The notes: generated by a model from the letters alone, not told the origin. A DNA stretch of 44,618 nt from Promethearchaeia archaeon (GCA_029856155.1 JAHQWL010000039.1:1-44618), one strand, 5' to 3'. Counted from the stretch's first letter, positions 1 to 10,126 are shown. Numbers and translations are program-made.

Positions 1-790
1 TATTTAGATTAGCACTTAGATTAGCATGTGAAAGCATCGCAACTTTAGGTAGTCCAGTAGTACCTCCAGTCATGAGATATATCGCAGGATCTGTCCATGG
101 ATCAATATCAACCTTAATTTCTTCTGGTTGCGTTTCCTTTATAATTTTATCCATCCAATAAACTTTATAATTTTCAGTTTCATCGGGAATCTTATCTCGA
201 GAATTCGGTATACCTAACTTCTCGATTGTATCCTCATCTGCAGTTAAAAAATCTACAAAATTTGAAGGTATCACGAATTTTACATCCGTTTTTGGGAGAA
301 CATCCTTAGGACCAGCTATATATAACATATCCATCATAACAAATACTTTTGCTTTTGTCATGTTTAAGGAATGTAAAAGTTCCATCGGTCTATACTGTGG
401 ATTAATACCTTGGGCAATTGCACCAATATACTGACAGCCCATATAAGCAACCACAAAATTGATAGAATTTGGAAGATCGATAGCGACAACATCACCCTTT
501 CTTATTCCCAAATTCTTATAGAGAAAGGTTCCAAACCGTTTTGCATAATCAAATATAGTTTTTAATTTTACACGTTCTATATATGGACCATATACAAATA
601 TACAACTATCTTTATCCCATGTCCCGTATAAATCTACAGCTTTTAAAAAGTATTCCCACATTGGTAAAATTTCAACGTCTTCAACGTCTTTTAACTGTTT
701 CGGTACACCTTCAGGCCAATAACCTCCAGTAAACCATACCTTATTCTCATCAACTAAAAATTCTGGATCATTTAAACTCTTCATCTTCAT
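1..790 (-). CDS. Long-chain fatty acid-CoA ligase / AMP-binding enzyme, N-terminal part (runs off the window start)
   Basis: Not in the ORF track. Manual minus-strand translation from ATG at 790 gives MKMKSLNDPEFLVDENKVWFTGGYWPEGVP...GIRKGDVVAIDLPNS...INPQY...YLMTGGTTGLPKVAMLSHANL, which contains the AMP-binding P-loop signature. Confidence 0.9.
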   Translation of the reverse strand, partial: MKMKSLNDPEFLVDENKVWFTGGYWPEGVPKQLKDVEDVEILPMWEYFLKAVDLYGTWDKDSCIFVYGPYIERVKLKTIFDYAKRFGTFLYKNLGIRKGDVVAIDLPNSINFVVAYMGCQYIGAIAQGINPQYRPMELLHSLNMTKAKVFVMMDMLYIAGPKDVLPKTDVKFVIPSNFVDFLTADEDTIEKLGIPNSRDKIPDETENYKVYWMDKIIKETQPEEIKVDIDPWTDPAIYLMTGGTTGLPKVAMLSHANLSANLN

Positions 791-921
791 CAATTTAAGA
801 TAATTTTGTAAAATTTTTTTAAAATCTTATTTATTATAATAAGATTGATTTGTTATTATATAATAATTTAACTTGATTAAGTATTAGTTCGTATCAATAT
901 AATTTACAATTTTGAACACAA

Positions 922-1779
922 ATGGGTTTTAAAGATAAACTTAAGGAACAATTAAAAAGTGAATTATCTGAAGAGGAACTTTCATTACTTCCACGAGGGT
1001 TTCAAACTTTAGGAAAAGTTGTAATTCTAAAACTCAATCCAAAACTCCTTGAAAAGAAAGAAATCATTGGAAAGACCTGTTTAGAAATGTTTCCAAAAAT
1101 TAAATCTATCTATATTAACAAAGGTAAAATAGTAGGACCTTATAGAGAACCAGAAAAAATTGAATTTATTGCAGGAGAAGACAACCCTATTGTAGAACAT
1201 AAAGAGCATGATGTAATTTATCGATTTAATATGACAAAAATTATGTTTAGTAAAGGAAACCTCAATGAAAGAAAATATCTCGCATCAATTGTACAAAGTG
1301 GGGAAATTGTTGTAGATATGTTTGCAGGAATAGGCTATTTTTCGTTGCCAATCGCAAAGCATTGCTCAGTGAAAAAAATCTATAGTATTGAACTTAATCC
1401 TGAATCTTATAAATTTTTCGTTGAAAATATCAAGATAAACCACTTAGAAGATAAAATTGTGCCAATTAATGGGGATTGTAAGGTTGAAGTCATAAAACTT
1501 AGTGAATCTGGGATAAAAGCCAACAGAGTAATCATGGGTGTTTTTCCAGCGCCAATAAAATACGTTTCAAAGGCTTTAACCTTAGTTAACAATAATGGAA
1601 CCGTGTTTCATTATGAAGGGGTGGCTGAAAAAAATAAATATATCGATCTATTCGAAGAATTTAATGAAATCGTTCAAAGAGAAAGTTATAGTTGTAAATT
1701 AAAATCGCATAGATTTGTTAAAAGTTATGGTCCAAATTTATACCATATTGTTTTGGATATATTTGTATTTAAAATTTAG
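922..1779 (+). CDS. Trm5/Taw2 (Met-10+) family tRNA-37 modifying SAM-dependent transferase, probably Taw2-like
   Basis: KIMFSKGNLNER, SAM motif VVDMFAGIGYFSLPIA, ELNP, and C-terminal VKSYGP...HIVLD. Confidence 0.85.
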   Translation: MGFKDKLKEQLKSELSEEELSLLPRGFQTLGKVVILKLNPKLLEKKEIIGKTCLEMFPKIKSIYINKGKIVGPYREPEKIEFIAGEDNPIVEHKEHDVIYRFNMTKIMFSKGNLNERKYLASIVQSGEIVVDMFAGIGYFSLPIAKHCSVKKIYSIELNPESYKFFVENIKINHLEDKIVPINGDCKVEVIKLSESGIKANRVIMGVFPAPIKYVSKALTLVNNNGTVFHYEGVAEKNKYIDLFEEFNEIVQRESYSCKLKSHRFVKSYGPNLYHIVLDIFVFKI

Positions 1780-1874
1780 ATAATTTTATTTATAGAATAG
1801 AAGAAATATATCTTATAGAGAAGTAAAAAGAGAGAACCAATTTTTTTATGGATATACAATTAATATTTTAGTAG

Positions 1875-3137
1875 ATGATTTTTATGGAATTAGTTATTGG
1901 TTTAGATTACTCTCATAATAACATATTAACGATAGAATCATCTAGTTTTGGTGAATTTGTTCAATTTCTTTTCAATTCCGGATATAAATTAGGGAAAATT
2001 GAAACCGGGTTTAATTCTTTAGTAAATTTAGAAAAATATAAGGTAATAATCTTATCAACACCAAGGAATAAAAATTTAAATGAGAATGAAATAAAAGTTC
2101 TTGAAGATTATGTTAAAAATGGAGGTAGTCTCTTAATTAATAGCTCCAGTGGAGGAGATTATACAAACAATACCAATCTAAATGATTTAACTCGTAAATT
2201 TGGATTTGAATTTATACCAGATGAGATTTCTGATTCAGTAAATTATGTTAATCTTCAAAAAAGGCCTATTATAACAAAATTTAAACCTCATATTATAACA
2301 AACCAAATAAAAAAAATCGTATTTTCAAGTTCTTGTTCGATTAAAATTTTAGATTTCATCAATGTTGAAGAAAATATAAAAACAGACTGGATATTAAAAA
2401 CTGGATTGAATAGTTGGCATAAGCGTTATGATGGAGAATATTGGATAGAAGAGGATAGCCCTAAAGTTCCATTGATGGTTTCAGTAGAATATTTTAAAGG
2501 TAAAGTGGTAGGTTTCGGTAACCTTAGTATTTTTTCATCTCTCGCACATGAGTATGGTTTCTCCGCTTTAGATAATGATATATTAATAGCCAATATTTTA
2601 ACTTTTCTGATTGGTAGTCTGGAATCAGAAGGGAAGGCAGTTACGGTAGAACTGAATTTAGATTTATATTATTGGGTAGAAAATATTGTTAAGGAAGAAA
2701 AATGGGATAATGTCTCAGATCTTATTAATGTAAGTTTAAAATATTTCAAGGATAATTATGATAATATTATTCAGGAGATAAAAAAAATAAGATTGGAGCG
2801 ATTAGAAAAAAGAAAAGCATATGAAAAAACTATTAAAGAATCCGAAAAAGAAGAAATTACTGAGGATAAAATATTGGAAAAAGTCCCCGTTGTGGTAAGA
2901 AAGAAAGAAGATCTTGAAGAAATAATAAGTGCTTTAGAAGATATTACTGGAGAAAAGTATGAGATTTCCATAGATTTAGATGAAGAGGAGGAAGAAGATG
3001 ACGAGGATGACGAAAAAGTTCCATTAGAATATACAGATGAAGATATAATTGAATTTGAGGAAAATTATCCTAAAAAAGCCATTTGGCATGGAAAAGCTAC
3101 AAAAGCATTTCGAGCTTGGTTGATGAAAAGACAATAA
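1875..3137 (+). CDS. GIFT (GldG/IFT52)-like domain protein with RHH-like segment, coiled coil and acidic tail
   Basis: IGLDYSH, then IILSTPR..LNENEIKVLEDYVKNGGSLLI..SGGD..NTNLNDLTRKFG and GKVVGFG. No signal peptide. Alternative start at 1884. Confidence 0.6.
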   Translation: MIFMELVIGLDYSHNNILTIESSSFGEFVQFLFNSGYKLGKIETGFNSLVNLEKYKVIILSTPRNKNLNENEIKVLEDYVKNGGSLLINSSSGGDYTNNTNLNDLTRKFGFEFIPDEISDSVNYVNLQKRPIITKFKPHIITNQIKKIVFSSSCSIKILDFINVEENIKTDWILKTGLNSWHKRYDGEYWIEEDSPKVPLMVSVEYFKGKVVGFGNLSIFSSLAHEYGFSALDNDILIANILTFLIGSLESEGKAVTVELNLDLYYWVENIVKEEKWDNVSDLINVSLKYFKDNYDNIIQEIKKIRLERLEKRKAYEKTIKESEKEEITEDKILEKVPVVVRKKEDLEEIISALEDITGEKYEISIDLDEEEEEDDEDDEKVPLEYTDEDIIEFEENYPKKAIWHGKATKAFRAWLMKRQ

Positions 3138-3214
3138 AAGATAATATCGTTTTAACTCAAAAAATAGAAATTGAATCTATTATTTTATCTTTTATATATC
3201 GAATTAAGTTAATT

Positions 3215-4621
3215 ATGGAAAGATTTTTATTTATTCTTGGTTCCAACTGGCAGTTATCCCTCGCAGAATTAGACAATTATCTTAAATATTCTAAGTATAA
3301 AGGGAGAATAATTGACTATTCTGCGAACATAGCAATAGTAGAATTCAAGGATTTGCATCAAGATCCACATTATATTAATAAATTAATGGAGATTCAATTT
3401 AATTTAGGGGGATGTCAAAAAATTTCAAAGATTTTTGATTTTATCGATATCAATACAATTCAAGAAGCCTTTCCAATTCAAATGTACAAATTTAAACATG
3501 TAGAGAGGATTAGAAAGAAGATTATTGATATAATTAATAACATTATTATTGGAAAAAATGGAATATTTCCTAAAGTCTATGAAAGTATGTTTTTTGCGGT
3601 TTCAATTTATCCTAATCTTTATGACGACAAATATTATACTGATGTTTTAGTGAAACATTTTTTACCATTTCTAAATAAAGAAATTATGGAAATTCTTAAA
3701 CAAAAGGGTGCGGAAAAAGCACTATATTATCAATATCCCGAAGAAAATATCAAATCAGGTAATTTGAATCCAATTTTTCCACATCATTTAATCAAATATG
3801 ACCTCCTTAATGAGAATAGAGCAGAAATAATTTTTGGTTTTACAGAAAATGGTACATATCTCGCAAGGACATTTACTACAGATGACCCAAATTTTAAAAA
3901 AGAGATTGATGAAGGGAAACCTCATAAAGAATTTAAAAGTTCTATTTCCCCGAAGTTAACATTAACCTTGTTAAACTTTTTAAACATATTTGAAAATAGA
4001 AAAAATAAAAAAATTCTCGATCCATTTGTTGGAAATGGAACAATTGCATTGTTTGCACTACTACAAGATTTTCAAATTTATGGATCAGATAATGACTTTG
4101 TCAAAGTAAATAACACAATCCGTAATATACATTGGTTATTGGAGTTATTGGGAGAAGAGATTCCTCCACTGACTAATCAAAGAATATTAAATCAAGATGT
4201 TAGAACTATGTCTAATAAATTTGAAGCTTTTTTCTTTGATGGTATATGCACTGAACCTGAATTGGGACCATTTTATACAGAAAAACCTTATTATACACAA
4301 GCCAGAAATTTAATAGAGACTGAATTAACGCCCTTATATGAAGATTTCTTCAAAGAAGCCTACAAAATATTGAAACCTAATGCAAGAATTTGTTTTATAT
4401 CCCCTATTATCAGTACTGTTGATGGAAATGATATTCAAGTAAATATTGAGAAAATTTCCAATAAGCATAACTTTAGAATTGTACCAATGTTAGATCTCAA
4501 TAGGATTGATAACAAAGCTAATCCAAAACTTAAATTTCGCAAACAACAAGTAAGAACTTTAATAGATGCTAAAAAGGGTCAAATTGTAAAAAGAAAGATT
4601 TATGTTTTGGAAAAAAAATGA
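3215..4621 (+). CDS. Trm11/TrmG10-like tRNA (guanine-N2) methyltransferase family protein
   Basis: FILG..WQLSLAEL N-terminus, SSISPKL, ILDPFVGNGT SAM motif, ICTEP.LG. Start moved from 3083 (which overlaps the upstream gene) to the in-frame ATG at 3215. Confidence 0.7.
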   Translation: MERFLFILGSNWQLSLAELDNYLKYSKYKGRIIDYSANIAIVEFKDLHQDPHYINKLMEIQFNLGGCQKISKIFDFIDINTIQEAFPIQMYKFKHVERIRKKIIDIINNIIIGKNGIFPKVYESMFFAVSIYPNLYDDKYYTDVLVKHFLPFLNKEIMEILKQKGAEKALYYQYPEENIKSGNLNPIFPHHLIKYDLLNENRAEIIFGFTENGTYLARTFTTDDPNFKKEIDEGKPHKEFKSSISPKLTLTLLNFLNIFENRKNKKILDPFVGNGTIALFALLQDFQIYGSDNDFVKVNNTIRNIHWLLELLGEEIPPLTNQRILNQDVRTMSNKFEAFFFDGICTEPELGPFYTEKPYYTQARNLIETELTPLYEDFFKEAYKILKPNARICFISPIISTVDGNDIQVNIEKISNKHNFRIVPMLDLNRIDNKANPKLKFRKQQVRTLIDAKKGQIVKRKIYVLEKK

Positions 4622-4627
4622 GGAAAT

Positions 4628-5290
4628 ATGAATTATAACGAGATATTTAATGAAATTGAAAAACAATTAGAAGGAGAAGCTCATTTAGACGAATTAGCTA
4701 GAAAAAAACAAGATCCTTTTAAAATATTAATCTCAACTATATTATCTGCACGGACTAAAGATGCAAATACTAGAAATGCAACTGAGAGATTATTTGCTAA
4801 ATATGATACTCCAAAAAAAATCGCTGAAGCAGATATCGAAGAAATTGAGCAGCTTGTAAAATCATCGGGATTTTATAAAGTTAAAGCTGCTCGAATAAAA
4901 GAAGTATCAAAGGATTTAATTGATAAATACAACAGCACAGTTCCAGAAAATTATAAAGACTTAATGAGTTTACCCGGGGTAGGTAGTAAAACTGCGAACT
5001 GTGTATTAGTTTATGCCTTTAAAGTGCCTGCTATTCCAGTGGATACACACGTACACCGCATAAGCAACAGATTAGGGTGGGTAAAAACCAAGAAACCTCT
5101 ACAAACAGAAAAAGTATTAAGAGATACAGTTCCTAAGGATTTTTGGTTAAAATTGAATAGATTATTTGTAAGATTCGGACAACAAATATGTATACCAATC
5201 AGACCAAAATGCGAAATTTGCGCTCTTACTGATGTGTGTCCAAAAGATTTTTCAATGGAGATCGCAATGAGGAGTAAAAAGAAGAAATAA
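4628..5290 (+). CDS. nth: Endonuclease III (HhH-GPD DNA glycosylase/AP lyase)
   Basis: LISTILSART, LPGVGSKTA (HhH), PVDTHVHR, C-X6-C-X2-C-X5-C Fe-S motif. Confidence 0.95.
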   Translation: MNYNEIFNEIEKQLEGEAHLDELARKKQDPFKILISTILSARTKDANTRNATERLFAKYDTPKKIAEADIEEIEQLVKSSGFYKVKAARIKEVSKDLIDKYNSTVPENYKDLMSLPGVGSKTANCVLVYAFKVPAIPVDTHVHRISNRLGWVKTKKPLQTEKVLRDTVPKDFWLKLNRLFVRFGQQICIPIRPKCEICALTDVCPKDFSMEIAMRSKKKK

Positions 5291-5372
5291 TTGATCCTAA
5301 GGAAGGATTTAATGAATTTAAGCAATAATTCTTACGTATAGTTTATATTATGTTCCAATTATTAAAGAAAAT

Positions 5373-5960
5373 TTAAGAAACAAATCTAATTTTCTTCTTC
5401 CGCGTATAAAATAAGTAGCCAAATAGGATTCCTCCTGCTAAACCAAATAGATGTGCCCAATAATTAATGCCTGGAGCAAATGAATAAGCAATAAAAAATA
5501 CGAGATAAAATAGAGAAAAAAACAAGAGTGGTTGATAATCTGTCGCAATCATTACAAATGCGACACCTAATAAGCCAAAAATAGCTCCTGAAGCACCTAA
5601 GCTAATTACATCTAAAGGAAGTAGTAGTAATGAAAATATATTACCAATTAATCCCGAGACAAAATAAATTAATAAATATTGAAATTTTGAGATAAGAGTA
5701 TTATTTTCTACTGTTGCCCCAAAAAATAAGAGTGCAAGCATATTGGAGAATAGATGTATTGGATCTGCGTGAAAAAACATGGATGTAAACAATCTCCAGA
5801 TCTCGTGGTTTTCTATTATATTTCTATTAATTTGAACAAAAATAAGGAGAATTTCCTCAGGAGCAGCTAAGTTAAATAGGAAAAAAATCAAAACATTAAT
5901 AAATATGAGAGTTATTGTAATTTTAGCTTTTTTCAAGTCTTCGATATCTATAACCATCAT
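5373..5960 (-). CDS. Rhomboid family intramembrane serine protease
   Basis: WRLFTSMFFH, HLFSNM, catalytic GASG, AHLFG; multi-TM. Confidence 0.93.
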   Translation of the reverse strand: MMVIDIEDLKKAKITITLIFINVLIFFLFNLAAPEEILLIFVQINRNIIENHEIWRLFTSMFFHADPIHLFSNMLALLFFGATVENNTLISKFQYLLIYFVSGLIGNIFSLLLLPLDVISLGASGAIFGLLGVAFVMIATDYQPLLFFSLFYLVFFIAYSFAPGINYWAHLFGLAGGILFGYLFYTRKKKIRFVS

Positions 5961-6046
5961 ATGAATCGAAGCGTATTGGAACAGTTAAGATTTATTATAA
6001 CAAAGTATAATAATTTGTTTTTATATTATTTTTTTAATATAAATAA

Positions 6047-7282
6047 TTGGGACAAATTTTGGACAGAACCGATAGAATTAAAGATAGACTGAAATTAAAG
6101 AAGAAACGTTTGTTAGATTCTTTAATTTTAAATGAAATCTTAAAAGATAAAAGATTAATTAAAGCTTTTATGGATGTACCTCTAGAAAAGTTTATTCCAG
6201 AAAAATTTGTCAGTATAGTTAAGCTATATGAAGATGTACCAAATTTATTCTATTATGATGAGCAAAATCCTAATAATTATAGAACAATTTCTGCTCCTCA
6301 TATGATAACAATCATGCTTCAAGGCCTCTCATTAACAGAGAATGATGATTTATTAATATTGGGAGCTAAAAGTGGATATATTGCAGCTTTAGCACATAAA
6401 TTAGCACCTAAGGGAGAAATTATAATTCTTGAAGCAAATTCTGAAATCGCTAAATTTACCTCTGAAAATCTAAAGAGATTAAATTTAGATGATAATATTT
6501 CAATTATAGTAAAAAATCCTCTTAATGGGATGCCAGAGTTAAGCCCGTGGCAAAAAATATTAGTAACTGGTGCAATTGAACAGTCCAAGATAAATCCTTT
6601 GTTAAATCAATTAGATGAAAAAGGAGGAGTTTTATTTGCACCTATTGGACATGATTTTATACAAATGTACACTCAAATCTTAAGACAAAATAATGAATTC
6701 TTTGGTAAAAAACAACTTCAAGTTAAGTTTTCACCTTTAATTACTCAAGTGGAATTGGATGAATTAGAATTAATAACGGATCTTGATGATTATGGGACCA
6801 TAGATGAATCTACTAAAGTAAATAAAAATATAAGTCAAAATCCAAATAAAATTTACATTAAATATACTTCAAATATACTTGAGGAGTTAGGTTCTGAATC
6901 AAGTTTTAAAATTGAATCAATTGATAAGGAACAACAAAAATTAGTGATTAGTTATTTAATAAGTATTGAATTGATCATAAAAAAATTGAAGAAAGAAGAC
7001 AATATTGAAGAATGTTTCAATTACGTGGAAAGTATTGAAACTAAGTTAGAAGATCTAAAAAAGTATAAGAAATTCTTTCAAATTAAGATAAAAAAAATGC
7101 AAAATATATTAAATCAGATTAGATCCTATAATATCGTAAGAAAAGAATTAGAAAAAAAAGATTTATCAGATTCAGAGATAATAGATAAGAAAATTGAAAT
7201 AATTAATGACCAAATTGAACAGATAAACTACTTTTTAGAAATTCTCAAAGATGATATCCATCGGGTTAAAACTTTATATTAG
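6047..7282 (+). CDS. pcm: Protein-L-isoaspartate O-methyltransferase-like protein with C-terminal helical extension
   Basis: AFMDVP.EKF, TISAPHM, degenerate motif I LILGAKSGY, KILVTGA, GGVLFAPIG, VKFSPL; TTG start. Confidence 0.75.
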   Translation: MGQILDRTDRIKDRLKLKKKRLLDSLILNEILKDKRLIKAFMDVPLEKFIPEKFVSIVKLYEDVPNLFYYDEQNPNNYRTISAPHMITIMLQGLSLTENDDLLILGAKSGYIAALAHKLAPKGEIIILEANSEIAKFTSENLKRLNLDDNISIIVKNPLNGMPELSPWQKILVTGAIEQSKINPLLNQLDEKGGVLFAPIGHDFIQMYTQILRQNNEFFGKKQLQVKFSPLITQVELDELELITDLDDYGTIDESTKVNKNISQNPNKIYIKYTSNILEELGSESSFKIESIDKEQQKLVISYLISIELIIKKLKKEDNIEECFNYVESIETKLEDLKKYKKFFQIKIKKMQNILNQIRSYNIVRKELEKKDLSDSEIIDKKIEIINDQIEQINYFLEILKDDIHRVKTLY

Positions 7283-7310
7283 ATAATCCAATTACTATTT
7301 TTCATTTTCC

Positions 7311-7817
7311 TTAATGGTTAAGGAAATTCAAAACTGCTTTCATAAAATCAGGCAAATCACTTGGCATACGTGAAGTAATCAAATTATTATCTATCACAAC
7401 TGGAGAGTCTTCGTATATAACCCCCGCATTTAACATATCATCTTTTATTGCAAAATAACTAGTTGCTTTACGGCCTCTAACTATTTTTGCTGAAATTAAC
7501 ACCCACCCAGCATGACAAATAGCACCTACTAATTTTCCTTGATCATTGATTTTAGAGACGAACTCAAGTATTTCTTTTTCTCTTCTAAGATAATCGGGAT
7601 TTTTTGTACCTCCAGGAATTATTACGCCATTATAATCATTAGGATTTGCTTCTTTTATTAACTTATCAGGTTTGATTGGATATCCATATTTTCCTTTAAT
7701 TTCTCTCTTATGAAGACTAATTAATTCGGTTTCATACCCAGCTTCCATCAATCTTATTCGTGGATAATGTAGTTCAAGATCTTCATAGCCATCAGTTGCC
7801 AAAAATGCTATTTTAAT
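7311..7817 (-). CDS. pfpI: PfpI/DJ-1 family (class I glutamine amidotransferase-like) protease/deglycase
   Basis: GYEDLE, IIPGG, AICHA nucleophile, LITSR.P.DLP. The ORF track starts at TTG 7802; the frame extends to ATT 7817 (IKIAFLATDG) behind a GAGGTGA SD. Confidence 0.9.
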   Translation of the reverse strand: MKIAFLATDGYEDLELHYPRIRLMEAGYETELISLHKREIKGKYGYPIKPDKLIKEANPNDYNGVIIPGGTKNPDYLRREKEILEFVSKINDQGKLVGAICHAGWVLISAKIVRGRKATSYFAIKDDMLNAGVIYEDSPVVIDNNLITSRMPSDLPDFMKAVLNFLNH

Positions 7818-7839
7818 TTAAAATCACCTCTTTAATACT

Positions 7840-8484
7840 TTAAACAATAATAATATTTAATATTCCAATATAAGCTACTATAAGCCCCATAATTATAAAT
7901 ATATAATTATATGGCGGAGATATTAGCCTATATGGAGTTTTTCTTTTATATACCTCGTAATAATCTCCAAATTTTGGTGAAAGTAGATATTTTTCTTCTA
8001 GTGAGCATAATGTTTCTGTTAAAATAACTAAGATTGGAGACCAGAGTACAGCTATAAAAGAATCCAAAATAAATGTAATACCTAAATATATTAAAATCCA
8101 TGATAAATATTGTGGATGTCTTACAATCTCATAAACACCCTTCTTTATTAATTTTAGGCTATCTCCCTCATTTGTTTCAGTTTTTAACGACTTTTTTGCT
8201 AATGATTGAATTTTGATTCCTAAAATAATTATGATTATACCTATTAATATAAACCATAACCAGTATTGATGAAAATAACTGATATTCTCATTAAAAAACA
8301 GTTGGAAAAAACGAGAGTTTATGATTGGAATAAGAACTATACAAATAATCCAAATAGGTGGAAAGATTTTCTTATATAATCCGCGAAGTTTATTATAAAT
8401 AATTTTTTGTTTTAAAACAATTATCCAATAAGCAAAAATGTTTATAAGAAAGAGGATAATTAAAGTCAATATTATTATTAACAT
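7840..8484 (-). CDS. Isoprenylcysteine carboxyl methyltransferase (ICMT/PEMT) family membrane protein
   Basis: LIKKGVYEIVRHPQY, EEKYL...FGDYYEVYKRKTP; multi-TM. Confidence 0.85.
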   Translation of the reverse strand: MLIIILTLIILFLINIFAYWIIVLKQKIIYNKLRGLYKKIFPPIWIICIVLIPIINSRFFQLFFNENISYFHQYWLWFILIGIIIIILGIKIQSLAKKSLKTETNEGDSLKLIKKGVYEIVRHPQYLSWILIYLGITFILDSFIAVLWSPILVILTETLCSLEEKYLLSPKFGDYYEVYKRKTPYRLISPPYNYIFIIMGLIVAYIGILNIIIV

Positions 8485-8592
8485 AGAATCTTCTAATTTA
8501 ATTTATAGCTTTAAAACTTGAAATTGTATTACATAGTTCTTGATATGTAAAAAAATTTGTTTTTATCATCTGGTTGGATTAAGCAACATTAT

Positions 8593-9669
8593 TTAGTATT
8601 TTCCATATTTATTTACTGTATTTATGAAAATCCTTACATTTTTAAGGGGTATCTTTTGAAAGATAACGGTACTTGGCCCCAAAATGACATGCCTATTTTC
8701 TTTTAAGATATTTATTAATTCTTTTACATGAAATTCAATTTGCTTTTGATCTCCAAATGGAAGGATATGACTTACGTCCCCAAATCCAATTATAACAAAT
8801 TCTGGGAAATTATCATTAATATATTGTGGATCTGCCCCTCCTTCCCAACCTTGCAATCCTCTAAAACCAGCATTCTGAAATGAAGGGATTAATTCTGTAG
8901 GATTACCATCAGTATGAATAATAGGAATCAAATTTGCATCAACAATTATTGAGAGAATCTCTTTATAGTGAGGTAAAAAGTCTTGATTCCATCTTTCTTT
9001 TGATATCATGGAGCGGCCTTTATAAGCAACATCATCTAATAATGTGATTACTTTCCCTTTATCTCCAGTTGTGTTAATCAACCCTTCAATATTTATTTTA
9101 GCTAAATTAGCATAAAATTCAATTATTCTCTTATAGAGTTTTGTATTTTTTCTGAAATTTCTACTAAAAAGAGGCATTCCCATACTTCTCCAAACTCTAT
9201 CAAAAATGCCATCGACGATTAATATGGGAAATATGAAAGGGGCCAATTTTTCATAAAAATTAACACATTTTGTAATATAATTACTATTATCAACTAACTT
9301 TAAATTTGCCCATAAATCTTCTAAAATTTCAATTGAGTCTATAAATCCTCCTTCATAATAATCTGACTTTCTTTTTACTGATTGTCCATCTTCTTTAATT
9401 TTAATAAAATTTCCAGATTTATCTTGAACTTTAATTGATCTAATCTTATAACTTAAAGGAAATTGAGCAAAAATTGATTCAAATCCTAAAATGTGAGGGA
9501 TATCAAAATACAAATTGTTAAATAATTTTTCTTGATAATCTTTCATAACTTCATGCTTATATTTGGAAATAAATCCTTCTCTTATATATTGAACATGAGT
9601 GGGAATTTTATCTAAACTCTTACGTTTTGTATCATCAAAAACCGCAAGACAACGCTCACGAGCATTCAT
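8593..9669 (-). CDS. Uroporphyrinogen decarboxylase (URO-D/MtaA-like) family protein
   Basis: MNARER N-terminus, DDVAYK..MIS...W, HTDG, ILGPS. Confidence 0.75.
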   Translation of the reverse strand: MNARERCLAVFDDTKRKSLDKIPTHVQYIREGFISKYKHEVMKDYQEKLFNNLYFDIPHILGFESIFAQFPLSYKIRSIKVQDKSGNFIKIKEDGQSVKRKSDYYEGGFIDSIEILEDLWANLKLVDNSNYITKCVNFYEKLAPFIFPILIVDGIFDRVWRSMGMPLFSRNFRKNTKLYKRIIEFYANLAKINIEGLINTTGDKGKVITLLDDVAYKGRSMISKERWNQDFLPHYKEILSIIVDANLIPIIHTDGNPTELIPSFQNAGFRGLQGWEGGADPQYINDNFPEFVIIGFGDVSHILPFGDQKQIEFHVKELINILKENRHVILGPSTVIFQKIPLKNVRIFINTVNKYGKY

Positions 9670-9769
9670 AAATATTCTTTTTTTAACACTTTTCTATAAA
9701 TTAATTCTAATTGAAATCAATTAAATTTAATTCTTAATTTTACAATATAATATAAAACTCGAGGTAATA

Positions 9770-10126
9770 GTGATGGAAGAGGAAGAAGAAAATTTAAGTA
9801 AAGAGGAACAAGAATTATTCTACGAAGTGTTATTTAAAAGGATAATGGATATAATGAAAAAACCAGAAATGGAAAATGATCCCTTTGGTGAAATGATAAA
9901 AAGACTTTCAGTATTATCAGGGATTTTTAGTTTCAGAGCTATGACTTCCTTAATCCCCGAACTAATGGCAGCGGCTGTGAGGTATGGAATGATGATTGAA
10001 CAAGCATACGAAGAAGAACAATTGAATTTAGAAGAAGATATACAAGGATTTGAGGAAGAAGGAGGGAAAACGAAACGTATATCACGAATTCAAGATGATG
10101 TTGATAAGCTAAATATATATTTATAA
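9770..10126 (+). CDS. Hypothetical acidic helical protein
   Basis: 118-aa ORF with a GAGGT SD upstream of GTG/ATG; T-tract downstream. Confidence 0.7.
   Translation: MMEEEEENLSKEEQELFYEVLFKRIMDIMKKPEMENDPFGEMIKRLSVLSGIFSFRAMTSLIPELMAAAVRYGMMIEQAYEEEQLNLEEDIQGFEEEGGKTKRISRIQDDVDKLNIYL

Noticed and set aside
2976-3014. GAN-rich low-complexity stretch
   Set aside because: It simply encodes the poly-D/E tract of the GIFT-like protein.
3083-3214. 44-aa N-terminal extension of the Trm11-like ORF
   Set aside because: It overlaps the upstream gene, and family-like sequence begins only at ATG 3215.
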